A DNA stretch of 64,000 bases from NCBI RefSeq assembly GCF_006345805.1, contig NC_043001.1, positions 49,414,001-49,478,000 on the forward strand, given 5' to 3'. A model generated the notes under the pieces. The model did no database searches, was not told the origin of the DNA, and worked only from the letters and a program-made list of their open reading frames with translations. Shown here piece after piece: positions 13,756 through 28,005 of the stretch. A program made the translations under genes and the position numbers. Within the stretch, counting starts at the first letter, position 1. Each line of letters starts with the position of its first letter. The DNA comes from Octopus sinensis. Taxonomy: Eukaryota.

Positions 13756-14081
13756 GTCTCTACAGTCATCGGAGCATTGGGTTCAATACCACCCAACCTG
13801 AAGAAACATCTGGGAACTATAGGAATCCCTACAATCTAGGTGTATTGCCAGAATCAGCATTACTTGGAACAGCATGCATATTGTGTAAAATACTGTCTGT
13901 TTGAGGCCCTTATTGTGACTTGACAGACAGTACAAATCCCTGGTACACACAATATCTTCAATCAACAACATCACAATATTGGGTACTGTGCAACGTCTTA
14001 AATGATAATAATAATAATAATAATGATAATAATAATAATAACAGCAACAACTGCAATAAGAATGACAATAACAAAACAATA

Positions 14082-14167
<86 letters not shown>

Positions 14168-14320
14168 GATAATAATAATAGGACCTTTTAAGCAGGATGG
14201 GCTTAAAACAATCATAATAATAACAATCATAATAATAATAATGATAGTAATAATAATAATGATGATGATGATGATGATGATGAAGATGACGACAGTGAGG
14301 AATATGATGATGAAGATGAT
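13595..14320. repeat. Compound (TAA)n/(TGA)n microsatellite array
   Basis: Seen directly in the sequence. Confidence 0.95.
13755..14001 (+). mobile_element. 5'-truncated Dong/R4-clade retrotransposon 3' end inside (TAA)n
   Basis: Reads VIGALGSIPPNLKKHLGTIGIP, then after frameshifts SALLGTACILCKILSV*, the C-terminus of the R4/Dong RLE. TAA repeats flank both sides. Confidence 0.7.
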
Positions 14321-14959
14321 TCTTAAAAGACACGTATTGTGGCCTTCTATAAAAGTGCCATTTCCTATCCTTGAATTCTGCAAGAATCCTGGGAAAAATT
14401 CTTTACGTTTTGAAAACACTTGTCACCAAACCTGAAGGTAACTTCTCTATTAATTAAACTAGCATGTCTTAACTGGTTGTTGATGATGACAATGACAATG
14501 ACGACGACGACAATGATGACGACGACGATGATGATGATGGTTTCCTTTCATTTAACCAGTGTGTGCAATGACATTCAATTCTGTTTCTGCAAACAAAATT
14601 TGAAATATGAAAACAGGGGAGCTTTAAAAACTTGCAAGACAGGACAAACAAGTAATGTAAAAATAAAGTTAAATGGTTAAAGATATTATGCAACAGATGC
14701 TTATATAATCAGTGATATGTAATATATATTATATGATAGATCTTGTATATTAGTTTTTTGGAATAATTTAAAACATTTCTTTAACTCTTTAGCATTTAAA
14801 CCAACCATATCCAAACCAAAATATTCTACCTGTTTAACATTCAAACTGACTAGATCGATGCTCAGCAACCTTTTTCCACTTATGTTACATTTATTTTCCT
14901 TTCAAAATTAGGAAGCACACCTGAATTAAAAGTATTATTTTCAGGTTATACTGTAGCAG

Positions 14960-15220
14960 GTGGAGGCGCAATGGACCAGTGGTTAGAGCAGTGGACTCGT
15001 GGTCAGGGGATCACGGTTTTGATTCCCAGACCAGGTGTTGTGTGTGTTTATTGAACAAAAACACCCAAAACTCCATGAGGCTCCGGCAGGGGGTGGTGGC
15101 GATCCCTGTTGTACTCTTTCGCCCCAACTTTCTCTCACTCTTTCTTCCTGTTTCTTGAGTAACGCTGCGATGGACTTGCGTCCCATCCAGCTGGGGGGAA
15201 CACATACACCACAGAAACCA
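14960..15220 (+). mobile_element. tRNA-derived SINE family C
   Basis: ggtggaggcgcaatggaccagtggttagagc...gattcccagacc head with A-box and B-box-like motifs. Homologous to 46737-46975. Confidence 0.75.
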
Positions 15221-16448
15221 GAAAGATTGCATAAATAAATACTGTAGCACACATAGCATCACTTGAAGCTTCAAGATGATACATAATTAATTCTAAACAA
15301 TGTGAATAAATAAGCAACACATTTGACAGAGTAATCTAACCACTAAATAATTTTAAAAAACTATTTGGTAAATGAAAATGAAAACTGAAAGAAATCTGTC
15401 ATACATATTGGTGTATATATATGTGTGTGTGTGTGTGTGTTGTGTGTGTGTGTGTGTGTTGTGTGTGTGTGTGTTTGTGTGTGTGTATGTGTGTGTGTGC
15501 GTGCGTGTGTATGTACGTATGTATATATATATATATATGTATATGCCTGATGTATATCTACTTGTATCACTTCTACAAATCTGCATGTCTTATATCCATA
15601 TACCTACCTATGTTGCATACTGAAATCTTTAGTTCATCTATCAACCTTATATTAGATATGTGTGTATGTATGTCATCTGTCTACATTACATCTGTTTTAG
15701 ATATGTACTGTATTATATCTGCAAAGTTTTGGTTGATCAGCTTGTATTATATTTTTATAACATCTAGAAGTCTTTAGTTGATGTATCTGTATTATAGCTC
15801 TAAATCTACTAATATATTAGATATGTACTATTTTACATATATAGGTCATTAGTTCATCTACCTGTATAACATTTTCAAATCTTAATTTCACTTGCCTGTA
15901 TAACATCTCCAAATCTTTCTGTCATCTGTCTATACTACATATGTACGTCATTAGTTCATCTGCTTCTATTACATTTATCTGTTGTAAAAGAACAATCTTA
16001 AACTACATATATGTTTGTTGTACATCAGTATGTGTGCATAGTACATCTCCAAGTCTGTAATACAATTGTAATACTGTGTTTATAGTGCATTTGTGCAACA
16101 TTTCCAATTGTCTCTACTGAATTTCTTTTTTGCATCTCTGTGAAATATATGTCTTAAATACATTTATACACATACACACATGCTTGCACATTAGCATGTG
16201 TGTGTCTTTGTGTGTGTGTGTGTGTGTGTGTGCATGGGAGTGTGTGTGTAGTACATGTATATGTCTGTAGTATAGACTTAGATGAACTGATGTAGTCATG
16301 GTTAATAAGTATAGTTTAATTATATGTATGCATATGTGTATGTCTGTATACAGATTTGGGGTTTGATGATACATAAGGCCAAACCCCTTATGGATGGGAA
16401 ACCCTAGGTAACCTCAGAAACCGGCCTCCCCCATTATTGTATATATAT

Positions 16449-16479
<31 letters not shown>

Positions 16480-16529
16480 GTATATATAGATATGTGGGTG
16501 TGTGTATAAATATATATATATATATTATA

Positions 16530-18230
16530 TATATATACACACACACACAGATGCATACTCTCACACACACACACACACTCTTAAACTAGCAGTTTGGTGA
16601 AAGAGACTGATGGAATAAGTAGTTGGCTGAAAAAAACAGTCCTAGGGTCGATTGGTTCCACTAAATCCCTCCAAGTCGATGCCCCAGCATGGCTGCAATC
16701 AAATGACTGAAACATGTAGAAGAATAAACGAATAAAAGAAAGGGGTCCATAGATAAAGTAAAAATGGTTGAGAACCACTGATCTAAATGTATATACATGT
16801 TATTACACAGCCATGTGTATGTGTATGAGTGCGTGTGAATATGTGACCATCCTCTGTAGGTTCATATGTACATATGTGAGTGCTACTTGTGAGTACAAGT
16901 ATGTGTATGTGAGAAAGTGGGGTGTATGTGATTGCAAGTGTGTGTGTATGTGTTTGTGTGTGTATATATTTATTTATATTCTTATTAAATCTAACAATTA
17001 AAAAAGTGTCACTTAGTGGTAAAATATACCAATACATATATATTTTCTCCCTACCCCCACTCCATGTTACCCAAGTAGAGCAAAAAAATATAGAAAGAAA
17101 AAAATAAACAAAAAGAACCCTAGAATTGTTTTATTACAGCCTCTGGAGAATTCTACATTAGATATAGAAATATTTACATGACAAACATAAAGTAATGTCC
17201 CGTGAATAAAGAAGTAGTTGTGGATGAAGAGGTACTGCATGGTTAAGTAACTTGCTTTTCAATCACAAGGTCTCTGGTTCAGACTAACTGCAAGACATCT
17301 CAGGCAAATGCTTTATTCTTTTTTATCACAGCCTCAAGATTTGCCCAAATCTTGTGAGTGAAAATGAAGAAACAGTGGAAGTCCATTGGATGGATTGTGC
17401 CAACAATCCAAAAGTTTAGCTTTGTTACATATCTTGTGCTTTGCTGCTTTTGCCTGGTACATGTATCTATGGAATACTCAACTACCTGTATGCTAACATC
17501 TAATAAGCAGGGAGTTCAATTGATTGAACAACTGTCTATTCAATATTAAAACGAACAGAGACTGATCTGCTTAATTACATAAGAGGTAAGCACTATCTCT
17601 CTTAAAGCTCTACACATCTTGTGAATTGGACAGATAGCAAATGTTACTAATTAACAAAATACTTCTTAGTTATTCAGTGCTATTGTTGTCTGCTGCATTA
17701 AACTTTAAATGTTCCATGGTACCCATCTATCACTTCTAGATTGTTAGTTCTCTGTCACTGCATAGAGAGGGTACCCAGAGAGGGCTTGTGAATCATGAAG
17801 TACCACATCTACCTCATTTTACCAGTTTTCAAACACCTTCTCTATCCACCCGATCACAATGGACACTCATATATATATAGTTAAATATTCGAGTGCACAT
17901 TATAATTCAAAAAATAATTTTAAAAAACCAACAAATATATGTGTGTATTTATAAACAATTAATGGAAAAAAAAATGCAAAATCTAAAAAAATATATAAGT
18001 CCTCTCCTTAGATTTACAAAGGAAAAAGGGACTAGGTTGCTCACATGCACATCAATTTTTGTATATGGTGATGGTGTCGAAATGTGGGGTGGTCTGTATA
18101 AAATTAGATAGCAAAGCTGCTTTTTTTTTGTTGGAGTAAAAAAGCAGTAAGTAGATGTGTTTGTATGGGCATATGAGAATGTGTGTAGGTGTAAGAGTGG
18201 TATGTGAGTGTGTGTATCTGTCTGTCTATC

Positions 18231-18261
<31 letters not shown>

Positions 18262-18279
18262 CTATACATATGTATATGC

Positions 18280-18310
<31 letters not shown>

Positions 18311-19987
18311 GATGCATACTCTCACACACACACACACTCTTAAACTAGCAGTTTGGTGAAAGAGACTGATGGAATAAGTAGTTGGCTGAAAAAAACAGTC
18401 CTAGGGTCGATTGGTTCCACTAAATCCCTCCAAGTCGATGCCCCAGCATGGCTGCAATCAAATGACTGAAACATGTAGAAGAATAAACGAATAAAAGAAA
18501 GGGGTCCATAGATAAAGTAAAAATGGTTGAGAACCACTGATCTAAATGTATATACATGTTATTACACAGCCATGTGTATGTGTATGAGTGCGTGTGAATA
18601 TGTGACCATCCTCTGTAGGTTCATATGTACATATGTGAGTGCTACTTGTGAGTACAAGTATGTGTATGTGAGAAAGTGGGGTGTATGTGATTGCAAGTGT
18701 GTGTGTATGTGTTTGTGTGTGTATATTTATTTATATTCTTATTAAATCTAACAATTAAAAAAGTGTCACTTAGTGGTAAAATATACCAATACATATATAT
18801 TTTCTCCTACCCCCACTCCATGTTACCAAGTAGAGCAAAAAAAAATATAGAAAGAAAAAAATAAACAAAAAGAACCCTAGAATTGTTTTATTACAGCCTC
18901 TGGAGAATTCTACATTAGATATAGAAATATTTACATGACAAACATAAAGTAATGTCCCGTGAATAAAGAAGTAGTTGTGGATGAAGAGGTACTGCATGGT
19001 TAAGTAACTTGCTTTTCAATCACAAGGTCTCTGGTTCAGACTAACTGCAAGACATCTCAGGCAAATGCTTTATTCTTTTTTATCATAGCCTCAAGATTTG
19101 CCCAAATCTTGTGAGTGAAAATGAAGAAACAGTGGAAGTCCATTGGATGGATTGTGCCAATAATCCAAAAGTTTAGCTTTGTTACATATCTTGTGCTTTG
19201 CTGCTTTTGCCTGGTACATGTATCTATGGAATACTCAACTACCTGTATGCTAACATCTAATAAGCAGGGAGTTCAATTGATTGAACAACTGTCTATTCAA
19301 TATTAAAACGAACAGAGACTGATCTGCTTAATTACATGAGAGGTAAGCACTATCTCTCTTAAAGCTCTACACATCTTGTGAATTGGACAGATAGCAAATG
19401 TTACTAATTAACAAAATACTTCTTAGTTATTCAGTGCTATTGTTGTCTGCTGCATTAAACTTTAAATGTTCCATGGTACCCATCTATCACTTCTAGATTG
19501 TTAGTTCTCTGTCACTGCATAGAGAGGGTACCCAGAGAGGGCTTGTGAATCATGAAGTACCACATCTACCTCATTTTAACAGTTTTCAAACACCTTCTCT
19601 ATCCACCCGATCACAATGGACACTCATATATATATAGTTAAATATTTGAGTGCACATTATAATTCAAAAAATAATTTTAAAAAACCAACAAATATATGTG
19701 TGTATTTATAAACAATTAATGGAAAAAAAAATGCAAAATCTAAAAAAATATATAAGTCCTCTCCTTAGATTTACAAAGGAAAAAGGGACTAGGTTGCTCA
19801 CATGCACATCAATTTTTGTATATGGTGATGGTGTCGAAATGTGGGGTGGTCTGTATAAAATTAGATAGCAAAGCTGCTTTTTTTTTGTTGGAGTAAAAAA
19901 GCAGTAAGTAGATGTGTTTGTATGGGCATATGAGAATGTGTGTAGGTGTAAGAGTGGTATGTGAGTGTGTGTATCTGTCTGTCTATC

Positions 19988-20018
<31 letters not shown>

Positions 20019-20050
20019 CTATACATATGTATATGCATATATATATATAT
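16530..20050. repeat. Near-identical tandem duplication, unit about 1757-1761 bp
   Basis: Repeated ORFs at 16581/18340, 17358/19115, 17893/19650 and 18155/19912. Ends lie in (TA)n/(CA)n tracts. Confidence 0.9.
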
Positions 20051-20215
20051 ATGTGGGTGTGTGTGTGTGTGTGTATGTGTGTGTGTGTGTATGTGTGTGT
20101 GTGTGTGTATGTGTGTGTGTGTACATAGACATATATCCATATTACACCCACACACTCATATTTATACATATTCATATGCACACTTAAATATATGTATTTA
20201 TATAAATATATACAT

Positions 20216-20276
<61 letters not shown>

Positions 20277-20289
20277 TACACATATGCAT

Positions 20290-20334
<45 letters not shown>

Positions 20335-20854
20335 CATATGTGTGTGTATACATACGTATATGAATATATATATATGTATATACATTACATATATATGCAT
20401 ATATGTGTGTGTGTGTGAGCATGTATCTGAGTGTGTGTGTGTGTGTGTGTGTAAGTGTATGTGAGAGAGAGAGAGTGTGTGTATTTGTATGTATGAGTGT
20501 ATGTTTGCATGTACATGAATATTGATGTAGATACATGTTAGTGCATTAGCAGAAGTGTGAGGTAGACACACAAAATACCTTGACGTGTTTATGTATAGCA
20601 CTCTACACCCTGAGTTCAAATCTCACTGAAGCCACCTTTGCCTTTCCTGCTTCCACGTGTGATAAAATATTATCAAGCAAGTACTCAATATAATTAAATG
20701 CTCCCTACCTACAAAGAAATCAGTAGGGGTGATTAGATGTGGATGGATCTCTTCGACCACTGAAAGGTGAATTAATTAGCTCCATTTATCCTAATTACTT
20801 ATGCATGTATAAATTCATAGTAATAATCTGTATATACGTAAGTCTATCTATCTG

Positions 20855-20913
<59 letters not shown>

Positions 20914-21892
20914 GTCTGTCTGTCTGTCTGTCTCTCCATCTGTCTGTCTGTCTGCCTGCTTGCCTATCTGTCTGTCTGGCAAAGTGTATTGCTATATTAT
21001 TAACAAATAATGTGTGTAACAATACATTGTATCAGTATTATTATAGTACCAACTCATCAGGTTTATGTGTAAAATCCATTTGCTGGATGAACTTGCATTT
21101 TCAAGAATATATAACTGCGTCCAAGATGTTCATATCACTTCATTTGAATATCATAGTTAATGCAGAAAAACAAATACATAATAAACCACAAATTCAAATT
21201 AACTGGTCAAGAAGTAGGATGAATCAAAGAGAACAAACGAATAGGATAAACAAATAAATGAACATGTAAATGAGAGATGAAATAGAACATAAGAGATTTT
21301 TCTGTCTCCAGAGCCATGTGTCTATTGATAGACAGTCATTGCTCTGATGTTATTAAGGAGGCCGGATGCACAATACCCTGTCTATTATGTAATTTAATAT
21401 TACTGTCTTATCTAGAGTTAATGGTTAAACATTTTTGCTGACATAGAATTAAATTTGAATTACTAGCAGAATCATCTATCATGCTCCACCACTCTCTCAG
21501 ACATATAGAGTGAGACATTTTTATAGGTAGATAAAACTAAGTTATTTCTATGTCAAAATGGTATTTCTTCTCTAGTAATAAATGAATCAGGAGATTGACT
21601 AAGGAGATTTAGAAGGTCCAGAGAATCCAAAATTAATTCTCATGTCATTATGTGTGTGTGTGTGTGTGTGTGCATGCGTGTGTGTGTGCATGTGTGTGTA
21701 TGTGTGGTGTGTGTGTATACTATCAAAAATAATAAGTAATTTAGAACAATTATGTATATATATATACACATGCACATATGTGTATACACATATATACACA
21801 CACCTATACAGATATATGTAGGTATACACATTAAGGTATGTACTGATATAGATACACATTAAATACATCCATACATACATACATATATATAC

Positions 21893-21968
<76 letters not shown>

Positions 21969-22740
21969 TTGACATGGGCGATTCTTTCTAATCTTGGGAT
22001 TCACAGTCAAACTGCTGGGCGCAAAAAATTACTCAGATGTGTGGAATGATCTGGTGGTGATGCTGTGCTTTGTATTGTTTTCATAGCTCCCATGGTTACC
22101 GAGATAATCTACTATAATAATACTCTTGTGTTTATGAATGAGAAAGGAAGGGGTGATAGGTGAACAAGGAAGGAAGGGGTGATGTCATACTTGGTAGTGT
22201 ACGCTGAAAAAATAAATCAAACAGCATTTCAACTCTCTGTGAATATATGTGTGTGTATGTAAAGGAGGGTATGTGAATGTGTGTGTGTGTGTACATGTGT
22301 GTGTGTGTGTGTGCATGTGCGCATGCAATGGAAGTGGGATGGTTCATCTTTGTTCGCTTAGTATTTGGGTTTATTTTTTGATTTGGTTGAATCTTGGTTG
22401 GTTTTTTTTTTTTTGTTGGTCAGTTATTTTTAGTGTTTTGACAGAAAAACGTCATTCTAAAATTGTTTGTTATTGAAAGCGTGCCCAAACAAGTCGAATG
22501 CTTACACAGAGCAGGTTTTACAGCCACATCTTCCAAACTGACAGGGTGAAACCAGGCTTAGCTGCTAGTGCATATATAGAGTTGTGCAGAAGCTTCTACA
22601 TTTATTAAATATAACCAAAGTTAGATCCAACTCCAAGATTAAAATCTAAATTAAATTTATGCATATACATATACATACATATATATATACATGCATACAG
22701 ATATATATATGTATGTATGTGAATATATATATATGTATTA

Positions 22741-22940
22741 TATATATATATACTTATACATATATACATATTCACGTACATATATATATATGTATATGTG
22801 TAAATATGCACAGAATAATTGTATGATAATATATATATATATATATACTTATACATATATACATATTCACGTACATATATATATATGTATATGTGTAAAT
22901 ATGCACAGAATAATTGTATGATAATATATATATATATATA
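22741..22940. repeat. Two-copy tandem repeat of about 94 bp within TA-rich sequence
   Basis: tacttatacatatatacatattcacgtac...aaatatgcacagaataattgtatgataat occurs twice. Confidence 0.85.
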
Positions 22941-23776
22941 TAGAAATTTGTATTAAGGTTTATTCATTTATGCATGTATGTTTATTCAAATGTATATATC
23001 TAGGTGTAAATGTTGTAAATGTATCAATATGCATATGGGTTACATGTATGAATAAAAACACTGCATCTATATTAATAGTTAGTAACTTGTCTGTATATAT
23101 ATTGATGCATATAAGAGATAAATGTATTAGATATATTAATATATAAAAATATAATCGCTTTTGTTTAGTAGTAATTAAAATCTTTGTAATTAAAATCTGT
23201 GTTTCAAGAAAAAAAAAAAAACCTTGTGATGCTTTTAGTAATTAACAAGGATGTGACCCTCCTTTTTATCATGAAGGAGTTTTGAAACAAGTAAGAAGAT
23301 TTCTCTCTTGTACAGTAAGATGGCAGGATCTTGTACCACCTTATTCTTGTAGATGATGTCTCCATTAGCAGCTGCAGACCTCCTTACTTCTTCTATGGCA
23401 GGTGAGGAGGAAGTAGCATAAAGTATGGGGTTTGCGTAAAAGGATGTCTCGCCTTGTATTGTAAAAGGTTTGCATATCTTGTACTAGGAAATTCAATTCC
23501 CCTTCGATTAAAAGAGAAGGAAAATCATCAAGTTCCTTATGTGATATATGTTCAGTGCATAGTTAAGGTATTCTGTTGAAACTACTATATTTCCTATATG
23601 CATGCAATGCTTATTGTACAATTATATTTAAAGTAATCTTAATAATATATGTGCAGTTTTTAGTTGTATTTTATGTATAAAATTTTGCAAAGTGAAATAA
23701 ATTAGTTGTGTATGTAAGTCCTGGAGTTTTGTTAATATCTCAGTATACATCACACTTATTATCAACATCATGTATG

Positions 23777-24225
23777 AAGGTGACAAGCTGCCAAAATCAT
23801 TAGCACACCAGGCAAAATACTTAACGGTATTTCATCTGTCGCTATGTTCTGAGTTCAAATTCCACCGAGGTCGACTTTGCCTTTTATCCTTCCAGGGTCG
23901 ATAAATTAAGTACCAGTTGCATACTGGGGTTGATCTAATCAATTGGTCCCTCCCAGAAAATTTCAGGCCTTGTGCCTTTAGTAGAAAGAATTATTAATGT
24001 CATGTATAAGGCACTGAGCTGGCAGAATCATTAACATGCTGAGCAAAATGAGTATTAGCATTTCGTCCATCTTTATGTTCTGAGTTCAAATTCTGCCAAG
24101 GTTGACTTTGCTTTTCATCCTTTCAGAGTTGATGAATTAAGTATCAGTGAAACACTGGGGTCAATGTAATCTTCTGTATTCCCTCCCCACAAATCTCAGG
24201 CCTTGTGCTTATTGTAGAAAGGTAT
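23777..24225 (+). mobile_element. Two tandem SINE family B copies, CpG-decayed
   Basis: Both contain the gttctgagttcaaatt..gactttgc.ttt.atcctt core. Confidence 0.75.
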
Positions 24226-24716
24226 ATTATTAATATTATGTATGGTAGAATCATTGCAACAGAGGATAAAATGCCTTGTGACTGTGTTAGAAATATTCAT
24301 TATGATACAACAAATTATTATAATTATGGTTGTTGTTATTTGGTACTAATATTTTAGATGGAATTGGCATTAAGTTGGTAGAATCAATAGCATAGCAGAC
24401 AAAATGCCTTTCATCCCTTTTGGAGTTGATAAAATAAGTACCAGTTGAAAACAGGTAATAGACATGCAGTTCTATATTTACATTTATTTACAATTGACGG
24501 ATATTTGTTCTCATCTTGTTTGTTGTTAACACAAAGTTTCGGCTGATAAAATTTGAAACCAATGTCTTCGATGGAATTGATCAAGAAACATCTATGTGAG
24601 TTTTGTCTTTTATTTCATCTTGAGCTCTGTTGCCAAACTATTTATATAAATATACACCTATATTTTTGTGTACGTCAGCATATGTGCACTATATATATAT
24701 GCATATATATATACAT

Positions 24717-24752
<36 letters not shown>

Positions 24753-24800
24753 GTATGTATGTACATATATATATATATACATACATTTATATTTATACAT

Positions 24801-24872
<72 letters not shown>

Positions 24873-24901
24873 GTATATATATATATTTATTATATAGAAG
24901 G

Positions 24902-24952
24902 AGCTTCTACAGGACTAGAACTGTTTCATTCAAGAGAAATCTTCAGGAAGCT
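24902..24952 (-). ncRNA. Candidate type I hammerhead ribozyme
   Basis: Minus strand: agcttc CUGAAGA uuuc-ucuu-gaau GAA acag-uucuaguc-cugu A gaagcu. Stem I has 6 bp, the core is intact, stem III has 4 bp, and the cleavage triplet is GUA. The stem II closing pair is a U-U mismatch. Confidence 0.6.
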
Positions 24953-25290
24953 AGTTAACAAGAATTGTATTGGCATTTATACATTTAGGCAGGTTTAAAG
25001 GGGTGTTGGTGGGGGACTTTTTGGGGGTAGGCATAGCGCAAAATATCATACTTGGGGGAGTGGTCAAGGAGTCAGTGTTAAATTAGATAGAAGAATAAAA
25101 ATAAAAAAATAAAAAATAAAAAAATAAAAAAATCTATATATAAAAAAAGGGGAATAGAGTTTTAGGTAAATAAGGAGATTCTCACTTATACCTATGCACA
25201 CATGTATACATACATACACACACATACAAACATATATACATATACATACACACATACATACACATATATATATATATATGTATATATATA

Positions 25291-25329
<39 letters not shown>

Positions 25330-25334
25330 ATATA

Positions 25335-25366
<32 letters not shown>

Positions 25367-27289
25367 ATATATATATATATAATATATATATATATGTATA
25401 TATATATATGTATATATATGTATATATATATTGAAAGTTTATACAACACTCCTTTAAGTTTTGTTCTGGACAGAGCTGTTTACAATGGTATGTTTAGCAA
25501 TGTTTTACATACGAGAATAAACATTTGTTATGCTTGATTGCTTTCATCTTATATGTGCATCCTATACATATTTGTATGTGAATCTATATACAGGCACTGC
25601 AGCTTTATAAGAATCATAAATATCTTCATCATAATTCAGTTTAATCAGTTTACTTGTTAATATATTTATATATGAGAAAAGAAGACAATGTACAACAAAA
25701 GAAGAAATAGCTTCTCTAATCTTACAACCTTTGACCACAACTTTGATGAACATATTAATGTATGCCTATACATGCAGATTTGAAAAAGAAAGCATAATGA
25801 TACACATGGGGGGAGGCAATATATTAACAGACAATCTAGAACATGAGAAGTTGTCTGACTTTGTGAGTATTTGCTTGTATAATAAAATAAATAATAAGTA
25901 TAAGAAAACTTTGGATGTTTTATGCCATCAATAATGACCCAGTGCTGTCTTGAGACACAGGAAGACAGTGCTGTTTTAAGACATGGGAACACCAGGCATT
26001 TTTCTAGGGGACCCACAAGTCTGGTGGGCCAACACTGATGTATGTATTTTATGGCTTGGTTTTATTAAATAAAAGATATAAGCTTCAGTTCATTGCTTTG
26101 TCTGGAGGGCAGGGGTTTATATTGTTTTAAGGCAACCAAACAACAGTGTTCCATGGAAGGTCTGTTAGAAATATCAGCCAAATTTCCCTTGAAATCACAA
26201 CATGTCTTCTTGAAAAGGAAGAACAAAAAATGCCTGGAAATATGATGGGATGGTTACAACTAGAGAACCTAAACAACACCAACTACAACAACCAAACACT
26301 GTTGAAACAGAAAATTGAATGACCAATTTGTATTTTCTGTACTAATTAAACCTACTGTGTGTTTTAAAATAGTAGAGAATTATTCCACATCTAATCAACC
26401 GAATTGTATTTCATTACAGTTAAAATTTCATTAATGCTTGACAAAGATGTGTCTCAAATCATCAAAGTACTCCACAGAACAACAACCAAAAAAAAAAAAA
26501 AAAGAGCAAATGAAAAAAAAAAAAGCAAACAAAACTCAAATCATTCGATACTCAGAAAAAAATGTCAAAATAATACATCAAGTATATAATCAAAACTATA
26601 TTTCAGAACAATTATGAAAAATACCTTCAATATGTTTTGGCATTGTGACAACTGTACCCTATGAACTGTTACCCTTATTATTTTAAAGATGTACTCAACC
26701 ATGATTAATTCTCATATTTCGTTTTACCTTTCCACCCTCCCTGCAATATATAGACCATTTTAGCTGAAAGCAATGTAGCTATGTAGCTATAGCATGCTAA
26801 TCGCTTCAAAAGTATATGTATTGTATATATATTGTAACAATTGTGTATATATATTGTGAGAATATTATAAATATATGATAATTTGGTAGAATAAATAAAG
26901 AAATAAAAATATTCTTCAACAAAACATGTTTATTTCTCCATTCTGTTATTCTATTAAATAGTTTTCAACCATTGGACTGCAAATATGGTAAGGTATCGTT
27001 TTTCAAAGGATTTAGTTTATTATATCGGTTAAATTAATCTTCTGTACTTTACCTGGTATTTTGTTGAGCTTGTGAGAGACTAGAGGCCAGAGACTTTTAC
27101 AGTAACTTGGATGTAACTCTGATACAGCTAAACATCATAAAAGTTTTGTGTTTCATCCACTGAATTTGATCATCCCATAGTACTATGTATGTATGTATGC
27201 ATGTATGTGATTAGAGAGACTTAGTCATTTTAATATTTCTATTATTGAAAACAAGTGGATGTATTCCACTGAAACTAGGTAAATAGATT

Positions 27290-27422
27290 CTTCGAACAGG
27301 GACAGTCAGTAGCGACACCTGCTGGGTTTGACTACGCTGCATTGATAAAGGGCAAATACCCTGAAACATATCTGCAGCTGTCTGACTGGCAGGATGAAGC
27401 GGCTGACCTTCCCTGTTCGAAG
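27290..27422 (+). ncRNA. Degenerate type I hammerhead at the apex of a long hairpin
   Basis: gctgca-ttgataa-aggg caaata ccct-gaaac atatc-tgcagc, enclosed by a perfect 13-bp pair cttcgaacaggga / tccctgttcgaag. The core differs from CUGAUGA at two positions. Confidence 0.5.
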
Positions 27423-27973
27423 GTTTATAATGGACGCATATTGTGTGTCAAATAGCTAGCTTGAGGCGGTGGCCTCTTGGAGCTAATCAGCGACAGCTTT
27501 AGTCTTATATTTATAAGACTGCCATATTAGTATAGTGATAACTATTAATTTCCAGTAACGCTGCCGTAATCTCCTTATATATATATGCACATGCGTTAAG
27601 CAGATCATCAAGCTGCAGAAACCCTATCAAAACAGACAAATGGAATCTAGTGCGGCTGCTGGCCTTCCCAGCTCCTGACAAGCCGTCAAACCCATGGCAG
27701 CATAGAAAATGGACGTTTAAATGAAGATGAGGATGTTGATGTTGTGGATGTAAATGTCACCTTACTATACAAGTACGTGCTTCATTACTGCTTATGTGTA
27801 TTCTAAATGCACATTTTGCAGCATGCATGTATTTAGTCCAGGAATCTTAAATAAAGTACCTCTGGAATGATTTTCAAATCTCCACTGTATTTCTTTTGAA
27901 TTTATTAAACTTTTTTTTTACCTTTATAGATTTCCAGCCAGTAACTAATTCGGTGACTAAATATATTGTTTTG

Positions 27974-28005
<32 letters not shown>

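Noticed and set aside
13920-14435. 171-aa ORF with poly-N/M/I tracts
   Set aside because: It is a (TAA)/(TGA) array plus a retrotransposon 3' UTR.
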